Positions 30,345-40,281 of a stretch of DNA of 64,000 nt are shown one piece after another. Location of the stretch: positions 64,001-128,000 of the forward strand of contig JAHPZJ010000008.1 in assembly GCA_019058245.1 (NCBI GenBank), in the 5' to 3' direction. Position 1 is the first letter of the stretch. Every line of letters starts with the position of its first letter. A program made the translations under genes and the position numbers. The notes beneath the pieces were generated by a model, which saw only the letters and a list, made by a program, of their open reading frames with translations, was not told the origin of the DNA and did not search any database. The DNA is from Promethearchaeota archaeon. GTDB lineage: Archaea > Asgardarchaeota > Lokiarchaeia > Sigyniarchaeales > SOKP01.

Positions 30345-30560
30345 GGGCAACCCGGACTTTTAGAATTAATAACCCCCTATGGTATTGATAGTTATGCTGA
30401 TGTTGCAGTACTATTAGATGATATTGTACAAGTGGAAAATTGGGAGAGATGTCCAAAATGTGGGCGGGAAGGTGCGATTTTCCGAGTTTTAGGGCGATTA
30501 ACACCTTCAATAGGAAAGGGATGCAGTTCCTTATTTAGTTTAGAAGCTTTTAAGTTATAA
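30345..30560 (+). pseudogene. 5'-truncated remnant resembling the LuxE/acyl-protein synthetase C-terminus
   Basis: GQPGLLELITPYGIDSYADVAVLLDDIVQVENWERCPKCGREGAIFRVLGRLTPSIGKGCSS; in-frame TAA at 30324 and no ATG/GTG/TTG before the motif. Confidence 0.65.
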
Positions 30561-30570
30561 TTAAAGATTT

Positions 30571-31494
30571 TTAAAGAATATAATCAGGATGTCTAACTCC
30601 TAGGTCTTCTAATAAGGGAACTAAAAATTCTGTATTAAATTCTTTTATATGAAACACATTCCCTAAATATAAATCTAAAAATTCTTGGATGTCATACTTT
30701 ATTTTATTTATATCTATAAAGTTATATTCAGGTTCAATTGTTATTTTATCTAAATTCAAAGGACTTACTTGCTTATTTATTAAATAATGCATAAATTGTA
30801 TAAATGTGCTTTCAATTAATTGTTCTTCCTCTTCATTTAATTCATAAACATCATGAGCAATTTTATTTCTAAGGTCATCCATTTTTTTTGTTAATATATC
30901 GAGATTCTTTGGTAAATCTAGCGCTTCGATTTTTTGAGTTACTGTCTTATTATTATGATCTTCAACTTGGGAATCTAGGTAATCCATTAAAGTTGTGTAG
31001 AAACGTATTAAAAATTTAAAGGAATCAATAGATTTATCCTCTTTCCATTTATTATAAGAACTTCCCCACTGATTTAAATTTACACTATCTAAAGCATTTT
31101 TTATCTTAATTTTAATTTTATCCACTTTTTCTATGAAATAATCTGAATAATCCATAAAAGGTTTATTATTCATATCAAATTGATATTTATATGATTTCCC
31201 AAATTCTTTAATCGCCCCTATTTTTTTAATAAGAGATAGATCCTCTATTATTTCTTTCTTTCCAATTTCAGCTGCAAATTTTATCAGATATCTGCATTCA
31301 GGGCAATATGTTACATATGATCCTCGCAATGATGTATATGGCTTAAGCTCAAGTTGATGCTTTCCCTCCGGAAATTCTATAATTTCACCCTTAGATTCTA
31401 TTTGATCAAAATGCGTCTTTTCAAAATGAAAGGATTCTGGAATGAATTGAAAACTACAGACAGGACATTTCACTTTCTCTTTTCTTAATTTCAA
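30571..31494 (-). CDS. Zn-ribbon protein with a HEPN-like RxxxxH motif
   Basis: CPVC...CPEC at the N-terminus; DDLRNKIAHD in the helical C-terminal half. Confidence 0.6.
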   Translation of the reverse strand: MKLRKEKVKCPVCSFQFIPESFHFEKTHFDQIESKGEIIEFPEGKHQLELKPYTSLRGSYVTYCPECRYLIKFAAEIGKKEIIEDLSLIKKIGAIKEFGKSYKYQFDMNNKPFMDYSDYFIEKVDKIKIKIKNALDSVNLNQWGSSYNKWKEDKSIDSFKFLIRFYTTLMDYLDSQVEDHNNKTVTQKIEALDLPKNLDILTKKMDDLRNKIAHDVYELNEEEEQLIESTFIQFMHYLINKQVSPLNLDKITIEPEYNFIDINKIKYDIQEFLDLYLGNVFHIKEFNTEFLVPLLEDLGVRHPDYIL

Positions 31495-31779
31495 ATTATT
31501 TCACTGTTATTATTATTTGTAATTAAATGCCAAGTAACAAAATAATAAAACCTTATATATTAGGTTTATTGAAAATAATAGCTAGAAATATTATCAAATA
31601 GTATAATATCTATAAAATAACATATACGATATTCATTTGAAAAAATGTATTCTTAATCAAAATTCAAGACTTTCCACCATTATCACATTAACATAGAAAT
31701 AATTAAAAACTAATTGATAAGCTTTAAAAACTAAAGAAAAAAAAGAATTAATATTGAAATTATTATACATTTTAGCAAT

Positions 31780-31995
31780 TTAAAAGTATTTAATAGCTAA
31801 AAGTATGTCATCTCGTGTAATTTTTTTACGTTTTGCGTGTTTAGTTAATTGTAACGCAGTTTTTGTCAGTTTCTCAGCAGATGAGCCCAACCAATCAACC
31901 AATTCATCTACTGCATCACGAGCAACGATTATAGCCCCATTATGTTTCATTAATCTTCTAATAGGACTCCAACTTATATATTCAGAACCAGCCAT
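31780..31995 (-). CDS. Archaeal histone (HMf-like fold, no tail)
   Basis: SPIRRLMK..GA..VARDAV and TKHAKRKKITRDDILLA motifs; GGAGG SD upstream. Confidence 0.93.
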   Translation of the reverse strand: MAGSEYISWSPIRRLMKHNGAIIVARDAVDELVDWLGSSAEKLTKTALQLTKHAKRKKITRDDILLAIKYF

Positions 31996-32311
31996 TTTTT
32001 TATTCCTCCACTTTTTTAATTATTTTATTATTTTTTTATTGAATTTTAATATTTTTTAAGAGTTTGTTATATTGATATATATCCTTCATATATTTAAAGA
32101 TTTTTATCCATACTTAATTTTATAGAAATAAAAGTAAAAAAAGTTAAACGACAAAATTCGAAATTATAAAGTTGATCAATTTCGTGGAAGTTAAAAAATT
32201 TTAATAAATTCATAAAAAGAGGAGTTTTAGAACAAAATATATATTTTTAAGAGAATAGAATAATTCAAAAAAATATGATTTTAAAATATTCATTTTAGGA
32301 ACTTCAAATTC

Positions 32312-33211
32312 TTGATAAAAATGATATGGAACACAAGAATTACAAAAATGACTGGAATACCGTATCCCATTATTATGGGCGCTTTTTTCAGTTTAGGTAG
32401 GGCTGAATTCGCTGCATCTTTTTCAAATGCAGGAGGATTGGGAATTTTAACAGCAGGAAATTTTAAAACTGTGGATGAATTCCAAGAAGAAATTGTAAAA
32501 ATGAAAAAATTGACAGACAAACCGTATGGAGTAAATTTTACAATAATGCCTCCACAAGTAAGGGAAAAAACGGGAAGAGGAAGGTCAGAGGAATCCTTTC
32601 TTGATTACGTAGACATTGCCATTGATGCTGGTGTTAATGTTTTTACCACTGCTGCCTATAAAGCAGACAAAATAGGGAAAAAGATACACGATGCTGAATG
32701 TTATTGGTTTCATAAATGCGCAACAGTAAAGCATGCCTTATCAGCCGAAAAAGCAGGTGCAGATGCTGTGACAATTGTAGGGATAGAGGGAACAGGATTC
32801 AAAAATCCTTTCCAAAATACAACCCTTGTAAATATGACTATGGCCAAGAAATTATTAGAAATTCCAGTTATCGCAGCAGGAGGTATTGGAGATGCTAGAG
32901 GTTTCCTTGCTGCTTTGGCTATGGGGGCTGATGCGGTATGTTTTGGAACAGCAATTATTCCTACAAAGGAAAGCCCTGCCTCAGACTCATGGAAAAAATC
33001 AATATTAAATCAAGATATTTTTGACGAGAATTTTTATAAGAAGATTTTCCATTTTGGATTGAGAGATTCAGGAATAGGATCCATGGCTGCGGGACACTGC
33101 GATAAAATAACCTCACTAAAAGTATTTATTGACAATATAATATCAGATGCAGAGAAAATCTTGCAAAAATGGGGGTATCAAGGTAATGAATTCAATACAT
33201 TAGAAAAGTGA
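32312..33211 (+). CDS. Nitronate monooxygenase / FabK-like flavoprotein
   Basis: YPIIMG, SNAGGLG, KPYGVN and IPVIAAGGIGDARG...GADAV motifs. Confidence 0.88.
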   Translation: MIKMIWNTRITKMTGIPYPIIMGAFFSLGRAEFAASFSNAGGLGILTAGNFKTVDEFQEEIVKMKKLTDKPYGVNFTIMPPQVREKTGRGRSEESFLDYVDIAIDAGVNVFTTAAYKADKIGKKIHDAECYWFHKCATVKHALSAEKAGADAVTIVGIEGTGFKNPFQNTTLVNMTMAKKLLEIPVIAAGGIGDARGFLAALAMGADAVCFGTAIIPTKESPASDSWKKSILNQDIFDENFYKKIFHFGLRDSGIGSMAAGHCDKITSLKVFIDNIISDAEKILQKWGYQGNEFNTLEK

Positions 33212-33255
33212 ATACTAATTTCTAAAGTTTTGATAAAAAAATTGCATCTGAATGA

Positions 33256-33792
33256 TTAAATCTTAATAAAGATCCCTGCGAATTTTTTACCAACTTTAGA
33301 CAATCCAACTTTGGCAAATTCCCATTTTGAAATATTTCCTTCCTTGCATTTTTGCCAAGAGTTTTTAAGAACTTTCCAATCTGAACCTAAATTTTCTTTC
33401 ATATAATCCTCAATGTTCTCATTTTTCTCCATTAGTTGTTCAATCAAAGTTGCTACATCTGATATTTCGAGTTTAATCTCCTTAGTATCTTCTTGTATTT
33501 CAGATACTTTTGAATCCAACTCTTTGAATTTGTTATAGAGTTTAGTCAAACGTCGATATTTAGGATCCAGATTTTTGAATTTTTTTATCATATTCTTCCA
33601 TGAATCCTTAAAATTTTGCCAATCACTCTTAACATCTTTTTTTACTTTTATGAAATACTCCCCAGATTTTTCAGAAAATCCTTCAATATCATTTCTCATA
33701 TCTATGAAAAATTGGTTGAATGGATTTTTTTTATCTTCTTGGATTAAAAAAATATCATTTTGAGGGATCTTTTTTTCTTTAAATTCCTTCAT
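33256..33792 (-). CDS. Hypothetical coiled-coil protein
   Basis: Heptad repeats; amphipathic basic C-terminus. Confidence 0.7.
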   Translation of the reverse strand: MKEFKEKKIPQNDIFLIQEDKKNPFNQFFIDMRNDIEGFSEKSGEYFIKVKKDVKSDWQNFKDSWKNMIKKFKNLDPKYRRLTKLYNKFKELDSKVSEIQEDTKEIKLEISDVATLIEQLMEKNENIEDYMKENLGSDWKVLKNSWQKCKEGNISKWEFAKVGLSKVGKKFAGIFIKI

Positions 33793-34009
33793 TTTTTAAT
33801 TAACCTTAGAAGTCCCTTTCGAACATATCTGAAGAATAAATAAGAATTGATTACTATTTATTATTAATGGATTCCTTTGATTTGAATAACTCTTCTAATT
33901 TATAAAAATTTTTGGAACAATAGTATTATTAGAGATTAAGACTTTTCACATTATAAAGATAAGTTGTACTATTATTAATAAGAAAAACCATCAATTGTGA
34001 AAAAGAAAA

Positions 34010-34183
34010 TTGGCGAAGAAAAGAACCAAGAAGAAATCAAAAAAAAATATGAAATCTGAAGATAAAACCTCTGAAGTAAAGGAATATGGAGTTGTTTTAA
34101 CTAAAAATGAAAAATATCGTCATCGTATTTATCCTCAAAAAGGAAAGATTCCTGAAGATGATGAGGATTATAAAATAGTCTAA
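34010..34183 (+). CDS. Unannotated 57-aa protein with Lys-rich N-terminus
   Basis: TTG start: MAKKRTKKKSKKNMKSEDKTSEVKEYGVVLTKNEKYRHRIYPQKGKIPEDDEDYKIV; fills an otherwise empty gap. Confidence 0.55.
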   Translation: MAKKRTKKKSKKNMKSEDKTSEVKEYGVVLTKNEKYRHRIYPQKGKIPEDDEDYKIV

Positions 34184-34547
34184 ATTTTATTGAATTAATC
34201 TATTTTTTTTAATGCAAAAATTATACTTAACTGTATTATTGTTGCGTTTAATACAATTTTATAATCGATTTTTTTTCAATTATTAATGGTTTCAATATTA
34301 AGAAGGAGTTCTCTCTTATTTTCTGTATTATTAAGAACCTTCATTTTATTTTATCAATATAAATAATCATTTGGACGTCATAAATTAATTTAACTGTTAT
34401 TAAAAATTCTAATTTGGTTAAAAAAAACACTTATGTATATATAATATAGAATTATAATTTCAGAAAAATGAAATATAAAAGCTAATATTAAACATCTATT
34501 TCTAATTTATTAAATCTTTAAAATATCAAATAGTACAGTTAAAGTTT

Positions 34548-35117
34548 TTAAGAAATAATAAATTTCTGAGGATTTAGAGCATAACCCTTTTCATCAATTC
34601 CACCATATGCTTCTATTATTTGATTTGGAATCGGATTATTTCCAATTCTAAAGGACTTTAATTTTTTAAGGCATTCAAGTCCTTCTATAGTTGATATCAA
34701 ATTTCCATAAACATTAAGGCTATGTAGATTTATCAGCGTATTTAATCCTTTAATTTTTTTAATTCTATTATCCTCAAAAGACAGATTTTCTAATGTTGTC
34801 AATTGTTCTAAGCCTTTAATCTCCTCTATTTTATTATCAGAGAGATATAATATCCTTAAATTTTTTAGATTCTCTAACCCGGTTATCTCTTCTATTTTAT
34901 TTCCGTATAAGTTTAATTTTTCAAGATTTACTAAAGCATCCAAACCTTTTATGGTTGAGATATTATTATTAAATAAAATAAGGCTTTTTAAATTGGTTAA
35001 TTTTGTCAAACCCTCGATTTGTGAAAAATCTCCGATTTCTAAACTGCTTAAATTCAATAAATCGTTCTTAATTTTTACTTTAGTACCTTTTACTTCTACA
35101 AACATACTTAAATTCAA
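34548..35117 (-). CDS. Leucine-rich repeat protein (SDS22-like)
   Basis: Repeats of LxxLxLxxNxIxxIxGL. Confidence 0.93.
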   Translation of the reverse strand: MNLSMFVEVKGTKVKIKNDLLNLSSLEIGDFSQIEGLTKLTNLKSLILFNNNISTIKGLDALVNLEKLNLYGNKIEEITGLENLKNLRILYLSDNKIEEIKGLEQLTTLENLSFEDNRIKKIKGLNTLINLHSLNVYGNLISTIEGLECLKKLKSFRIGNNPIPNQIIEAYGGIDEKGYALNPQKFIIS

Positions 35118-35209
35118 TGCTTTTTGATTCCTTGAAATTTGTGTTTAAATCTAATTAAATAATTGAGGGTAATTAACTTTAAAGTTTAGGAATAATTTAA
35201 TTTAATAAC

Positions 35210-35995
35210 TTGCCAGAACTTCCAGAAGTGGAGACATTCAAACGATACCTAGATAAAACATCATTAAATCAAACTATTAAAAGTATAAAAGTAATAGATG
35301 ATAGAGTTTTGGATATTGATGGATTATCTCTGAAAGAATTGGTGGTCAATAATAAATTTGAATCATCTACTCGACTTGGAAAATATCTTTTAGTAAATAT
35401 TGGGAAAAAATATCTTATTTTTCACTTTGGTATGACAGGAGATTTGGAATATTACAATAATAAGGACCATGAGCCAAAATACAGTAAAGTAATATTTCAC
35501 TTTAATAATGGTTTTAATTTAACATACATTTCTCTAAGAATGTTTGGAAGATTAGATATTGCTGAATCAATTGAGGAATTTGTTGAAAAAAAGAATTTAG
35601 GCACAGATGCTTATAAAATGAATTTCGAGGAATTTAAGAGAGCTCTGAAAAGAAGAACTGGGATTATAAAAAACGTATTATTAAATCAGAGTTTTATTGC
35701 TGGAATTGGTAATATTTATTCAGATGAGATTCTATTTAAAACAAAGGTGCATCCTAAAACTAAAATAGATTCCCTTAGTGAAAGTAAAACTAAAGAACTT
35801 TTTACTAATATTAAAGAGGTGTTAAAAGTTGGTATTGATAAAAAAGGTGATCTGAGTACTTTTCCAGAATATTTTCTTATTCCACATCGTAAAAAAGACG
35901 ATTATTGCCCAATTTGCAATAGTGGAATAGAGCGAATTGAATTATCTGGAAGACATGGGTTTTATTGTCCAAATTGTCAAAAAGAATCAATCTAG
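35210..35995 (+). CDS. mutM: Formamidopyrimidine-DNA glycosylase (Fpg/Nei family)
   Basis: N-terminal PELPEVE, HFGMTG, H2TH GIGNIYSDE and C-terminal CPIC...CPNCQ finger. Confidence 0.92.
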   Translation: MPELPEVETFKRYLDKTSLNQTIKSIKVIDDRVLDIDGLSLKELVVNNKFESSTRLGKYLLVNIGKKYLIFHFGMTGDLEYYNNKDHEPKYSKVIFHFNNGFNLTYISLRMFGRLDIAESIEEFVEKKNLGTDAYKMNFEEFKRALKRRTGIIKNVLLNQSFIAGIGNIYSDEILFKTKVHPKTKIDSLSESKTKELFTNIKEVLKVGIDKKGDLSTFPEYFLIPHRKKDDYCPICNSGIERIELSGRHGFYCPNCQKESI

Positions 35996-36076
35996 ATTTT
36001 AATTCAATTTTAATATCACATAGCTTTAAATGAACTAATAATGGATAAATAGATTAAAAAAAAAGGATTAAGATCT

Positions 36077-36952
36077 CTATTCTCTTCTTTTCTGCATATA
36101 AATATAAATAATAATTTCGCCTAGTAAAATAATAGCTAACCCTATAAATATAAATATGTATTGATTCGGAATACGCTCATTCTCCGGAATATATTTACCC
36201 GGTATAAAATCGACAAGTTTTTGTCCCCCATATGAAAAATCATAATAAGAAAGAACGCCATTAGAATTATAGTTAATTTTTATATCAATAGCAGCACTAT
36301 TGTTTTCAAATCCTAATTGTGGGACATAAATTAAGAAACCATCTGACTGTGCTGTGACCGTAATATTTTTATACAAGGCTCCCTTGGAACTCATTACTGT
36401 TAAGATTTCACTCGCAAATGATGACCAGCTAATAGTTGTAGGTGCAAAAAGAACATTAAACATAGCATAAGGACTAAACGAGCGACTCAAGTTTAATGTT
36501 TGTCGTAAGAAACTAGATGTATCGTTTACTATATTCCACGTTTGGTCCCATTCATTACTATCAGAATATTCTGGAATTTCCCATCGAAATTTACCATCTA
36601 TAGGTGTGGATGTAACTGTTGAATTATCATAAGGAGAAAGCACTTGTCCAATTTCTTCAACATCAATGGCATTAACTGTAAGTGGCCAATATGATTGCGG
36701 TGGAGTAAGAACCATCCAATCATTATAAACCTTAGTTAAATTATCTGATCCTAATGGCATAAGATTTTCTAAAATAACTTCTAAATCATCTGTTTTATAT
36801 GTGTTCCAATTTTCTGCATATACACTGAGAGCCCATTCATACTCATCACCATTTTTAATTCCAACATAAGTACTTTGGGCATTACAAATTCTTATGAAAG
36901 GGATTAAGAGAAAAATTCCAAGGAAAACTATGCTCAAACTTTTTTTTTTCAT
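36077..36952 (-). CDS. Secreted protein with C-terminal membrane anchor
   Basis: Signal peptide, YVGIKNGDEYEW, C-terminal TM followed by KRR. Confidence 0.75.
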   Translation of the reverse strand: MKKKSLSIVFLGIFLLIPFIRICNAQSTYVGIKNGDEYEWALSVYAENWNTYKTDDLEVILENLMPLGSDNLTKVYNDWMVLTPPQSYWPLTVNAIDVEEIGQVLSPYDNSTVTSTPIDGKFRWEIPEYSDSNEWDQTWNIVNDTSSFLRQTLNLSRSFSPYAMFNVLFAPTTISWSSFASEILTVMSSKGALYKNITVTAQSDGFLIYVPQLGFENNSAAIDIKINYNSNGVLSYYDFSYGGQKLVDFIPGKYIPENERIPNQYIFIFIGLAIILLGEIIIYIYMQKRRE

Positions 36953-37015
36953 CAGACTTTATCAACTCTCTGTTTAATCATTAAAATTTATCAAAAATTA
37001 TCTAAATAAAAAAAA

Positions 37016-37786
37016 TTAAGCTTTACCGTACTTTTTGAATAATATAATTCCTCCAATAAATATCACAAGGCTGAACATTATAAGTATTATCAAATCCCAC
37101 CAAATTCTTAAATTACCTAGAGCAACACCATTAAATAGGAGAGTTAAAGCATCAGATACATAATACAATGGCATGAACATACCAATTAATTGTGTTTCGG
37201 GGGGTAAGGGGTATAAACCCGACGCAAGCATCTGTTGTGGAAACATAAAAATCCAGACAATACCTCCTGCAGCTTTAGGATTCTTTGCTATAGTTGCTGT
37301 TAATAATCCAAAGCCAATGGAGGATAGGGAGAAAACCATCATAAACACAAACGCAAGAGTAATCCCCGCAATTGCTCCATCAGGACGATATCCTAATAGA
37401 AAAGAAATAATACCGACTATTATTACTTGGATAATTGCCATACACATATTTGATATCACATGACTTCCCATGAATTCTATTGCCGTCATGGGCGTCGTGT
37501 TGATTCTTTTTAATAATCCTTGTTCTCGATCTTCTGAAAAAGATAAAGCAACAGGCATTGCCATGAAAAGCGCGCTAATAGCAAATAATCCAGGAACCAT
37601 AAAATCAAATATACTCCCTGTTTGATTTGTCCAACCATAGTTTTCAACAACTATCGATCCAAACGCAAGTCCCATTGTCAGGGTTAGTGCTATGGGGAGT
37701 AAAAGTATTATAAACAATGTTGTCGGTACCCTTATAAGAGCTTTAACCTGTAACTTTACCAGAGCTAAAATTCTTTGGCGTTTCAT
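37016..37786 (-). CDS. ABC-2 type permease
   Basis: DFMVPG, DREQGLLKRINTTPM and PLYYVSDAL motifs. Confidence 0.9.
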   Translation of the reverse strand: MKRQRILALVKLQVKALIRVPTTLFIILLLPIALTLTMGLAFGSIVVENYGWTNQTGSIFDFMVPGLFAISALFMAMPVALSFSEDREQGLLKRINTTPMTAIEFMGSHVISNMCMAIIQVIIVGIISFLLGYRPDGAIAGITLAFVFMMVFSLSSIGFGLLTATIAKNPKAAGGIVWIFMFPQQMLASGLYPLPPETQLIGMFMPLYYVSDALTLLFNGVALGNLRIWWDLIILIMFSLVIFIGGIILFKKYGKA

Positions 37787-37788
37787 TT

Positions 37789-38598
37789 TTAAAAGCCCTC
37801 CAAGATTCTTCTTCCTGTAATTTTCATGAATACTTCCTCCAGATCTTTAGCATTATACTTATCGATTAATTCTTTTGGTTGTCCTATTTCAATTAATTTA
37901 CCGTAATCAATTATAGCTACCCTATCACAAAGTGCTTCTGCTTCTTCAATATAATGTGTCGTCAAGATTATGGTTTTATTCTGTTCCTTTAATGAACCAA
38001 TAAATTTCCAAGTTGTACGCCTGACTCGTGGGTCCATTCCGACTGTAGGTTCATCTAAAAATATAATAGGAGGATCACTTATCAATGCTACAATAAGATT
38101 TAATTGTCGTAACATTCCCCCACTATAGCTTTTTGCTTTTCTATTACTAGCGTCTAGTAAGCCTAATAAGTCTAGGAATCTATCCGTCCTTTCATTTATC
38201 TTCTCTTTTTTCACGAGGTGTAAGTTCCCGAAAAATTCGATATTTTCCTTAGCATTTAAAAACTTATAAACTGCTGCTTCTTGTGGACATACGCCAATTA
38301 ATTCTTTGATCTTGTTGAGGTCTTTCTTAACATTATATCCTCCTACAAAAGCATCTCCTTCGGTTTGGTTTATCAAACCACATAAAATGTTAATTGTAGT
38401 GGTTTTTCCCGCCCCATTTGGTCCTAAAAGTCCAAATATTTCGCCCTTGTTTATCGAAAATGATATTCCATCAACAGCCTTAACTTCCTTGATAACATTC
38501 TTACCAGAATAAATTTTTCTCAAATCTATAACTTCAATAGCATTCGGATTATCAGATCCAAATGTTAAATTATTGTTTTTTGATTTTGATTTTAACAT
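37789..38598 (-). CDS. ABC transporter ATP-binding protein (DrrA-like)
   Basis: GPNGAGKTT, YSGGM, FLDEPTVGMDP and LTTHYIEEAE motifs. Confidence 0.95.
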   Translation of the reverse strand: MLKSKSKNNNLTFGSDNPNAIEVIDLRKIYSGKNVIKEVKAVDGISFSINKGEIFGLLGPNGAGKTTTINILCGLINQTEGDAFVGGYNVKKDLNKIKELIGVCPQEAAVYKFLNAKENIEFFGNLHLVKKEKINERTDRFLDLLGLLDASNRKAKSYSGGMLRQLNLIVALISDPPIIFLDEPTVGMDPRVRRTTWKFIGSLKEQNKTIILTTHYIEEAEALCDRVAIIDYGKLIEIGQPKELIDKYNAKDLEEVFMKITGRRILEGF

Positions 38599-38729
38599 TA
38601 TTTTGATATCATACGATTTTTCTATATTTGAATAGACTAGGTATAGTGTATATTTAGTTCATAACTTAAATAATTATTTTTTACATTAATTAAGTACTAT
38701 ATTAATGTAAAATAAGAAATAGAAATAAG

Positions 38730-39191
38730 CTATTTTAAAAAGTCTTTTAATATTGAGATAAAATCTTCAACTTTTACATCAGCACCTTCTATAGCGGGAC
38801 CCTCTGCACCTTGCATTTTTATTTCAAGATATTCAGGACAGATATCTTCAACACACCCTATTTTTCCAAGAGTTTTTTTTATACCTTTAATGAAGAATTT
38901 TTTCCAACCCAATGCATGAGTAGAAAAATATGCAACTTTCGAAATTGGTTTCTTGATGACTTTATCTAAATTATTAACAAATGCTCGGATTTCCTTATCT
39001 GAACAAAATGCAATAATTCGAACTGCAATGATTAAACCATAAGGCTCATCTTGGGTGATATCTTTAGGGCTAATATTTTTAATACTACCAACACTTATAT
39101 CATATTTATCTTTTAAACCCTCAGCAAGTTGTTTTGAAATCTTTTCAGAATTTCCATGCAGAGAGTTATGAATTATCCAAATCTTTTTCAT
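38730..39191 (-). CDS. Flavodoxin-like protein
   Basis: IIHNSLHGNSEKIS FMN-phosphate-loop-like motif. Confidence 0.65.
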   Translation of the reverse strand: MKKIWIIHNSLHGNSEKISKQLAEGLKDKYDISVGSIKNISPKDITQDEPYGLIIAVRIIAFCSDKEIRAFVNNLDKVIKKPISKVAYFSTHALGWKKFFIKGIKKTLGKIGCVEDICPEYLEIKMQGAEGPAIEGADVKVEDFISILKDFLK

Positions 39192-39336
39192 TTTTTATAC
39201 CTCAAATTTGTATTAAAATGCATTTTATATATAATAAGGGAAAAAGCAAATACTATATGAAATTTCAATAGTCCATTTTTTATTCTAATCTATTTAATTT
39301 TCAAATTTTATTTTCTAAAATGAATAAATTTATGAG

Positions 39337-40248
39337 ATGTCTAATATAACATTTATTAAGAACCAAAAGTTTTTGATTTCAATAACGCTAAAACTGGATA
39401 AAATGGATAAAAAAGAACTATTATATTGTTTAAATTGTGGCAAAGAGATTGCTGCAGATCACAAATCAGGTAATCACTTTTGTGCTGAGTGTGTTTTAGG
39501 TTTAAATTTTCAAATTACAGATTTGAAGCACGAACAAATAGATAAATATCTCCAGAAAATATTAGATTTTTTTATTTCAGATGTAAATGTTGCTTTTAAT
39601 AAAGATCCGGCAGCAAAATCTCTCATTGAAGTTTTAACAAGTTATCCTGGGATAAAAGCGATTCTTTTATATCGTATCGCGCATTTTTTTTGGAAAATTG
39701 GAATGCCATTTATCCCAAGATATATATCTGAAATTGCACGAGAGCTAACGGGTATCGAAATTCATCCTGGTGCAGAAATTGGTGGGGATTTTTTTATTGA
39801 TCATGGAACTGGTTGTGTTATTGGGGAAACTACAGAAATTGGGAATAATGTCACCATATTTTCAGGTGTAGTTTTTGGAGGCACCAATATTAAACCTGTT
39901 AAAAGACATCCTACCTTAGGAAATAATATTGTTGTAGGTACAGGAGCTAAAATTCTAGGACCTGTTAAAATTGGAGATAATGTAAAAATTGGAGCGAATT
40001 CCGTGGTTGTAAATGATGTACCACCAAACTCAGTAGTAGTGGGTGTACCAGGTAAAATTATTACAAGAGAGGGTGAAAAAATTGAGAAGATAGATTTACG
40101 CCATGGTGACTTACCTGATCCCCTCACAATTACTATAAAGACTTTAGATAATAGAATAAAAGAATTGGAGAATAAAATTTTAACCCAAAAGGAAAAGAAA
40201 AAGGAAAAATTTGAAATATTTTATGGGGAATATGGAGAGGGAATTTAA
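39337..40248 (+). CDS. cysE: Serine O-acetyltransferase with N-terminal Cys4 motif
   Basis: DPAAKS, YPG, GIEIHPGA, FIDHGTG and KRHPTLG motifs. Real start may be the downstream MDKKE. Confidence 0.93.
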   Translation: MSNITFIKNQKFLISITLKLDKMDKKELLYCLNCGKEIAADHKSGNHFCAECVLGLNFQITDLKHEQIDKYLQKILDFFISDVNVAFNKDPAAKSLIEVLTSYPGIKAILLYRIAHFFWKIGMPFIPRYISEIARELTGIEIHPGAEIGGDFFIDHGTGCVIGETTEIGNNVTIFSGVVFGGTNIKPVKRHPTLGNNIVVGTGAKILGPVKIGDNVKIGANSVVVNDVPPNSVVVGVPGKIITREGEKIEKIDLRHGDLPDPLTITIKTLDNRIKELENKILTQKEKKKEKFEIFYGEYGEGI

Positions 40249-40281
40249 AATCTCTTAAAGAAAATTTTAAAAAAATTAAGT

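Noticed and set aside
29001-32191. 14-bp sequence AATTTCGTGGAAGT repeated in two intergenic regions (29001-29014, 32178-32191)
   Set aside because: Only two copies, non-palindromic and in different positions relative to genes. Chance cannot be excluded in AT-rich DNA.
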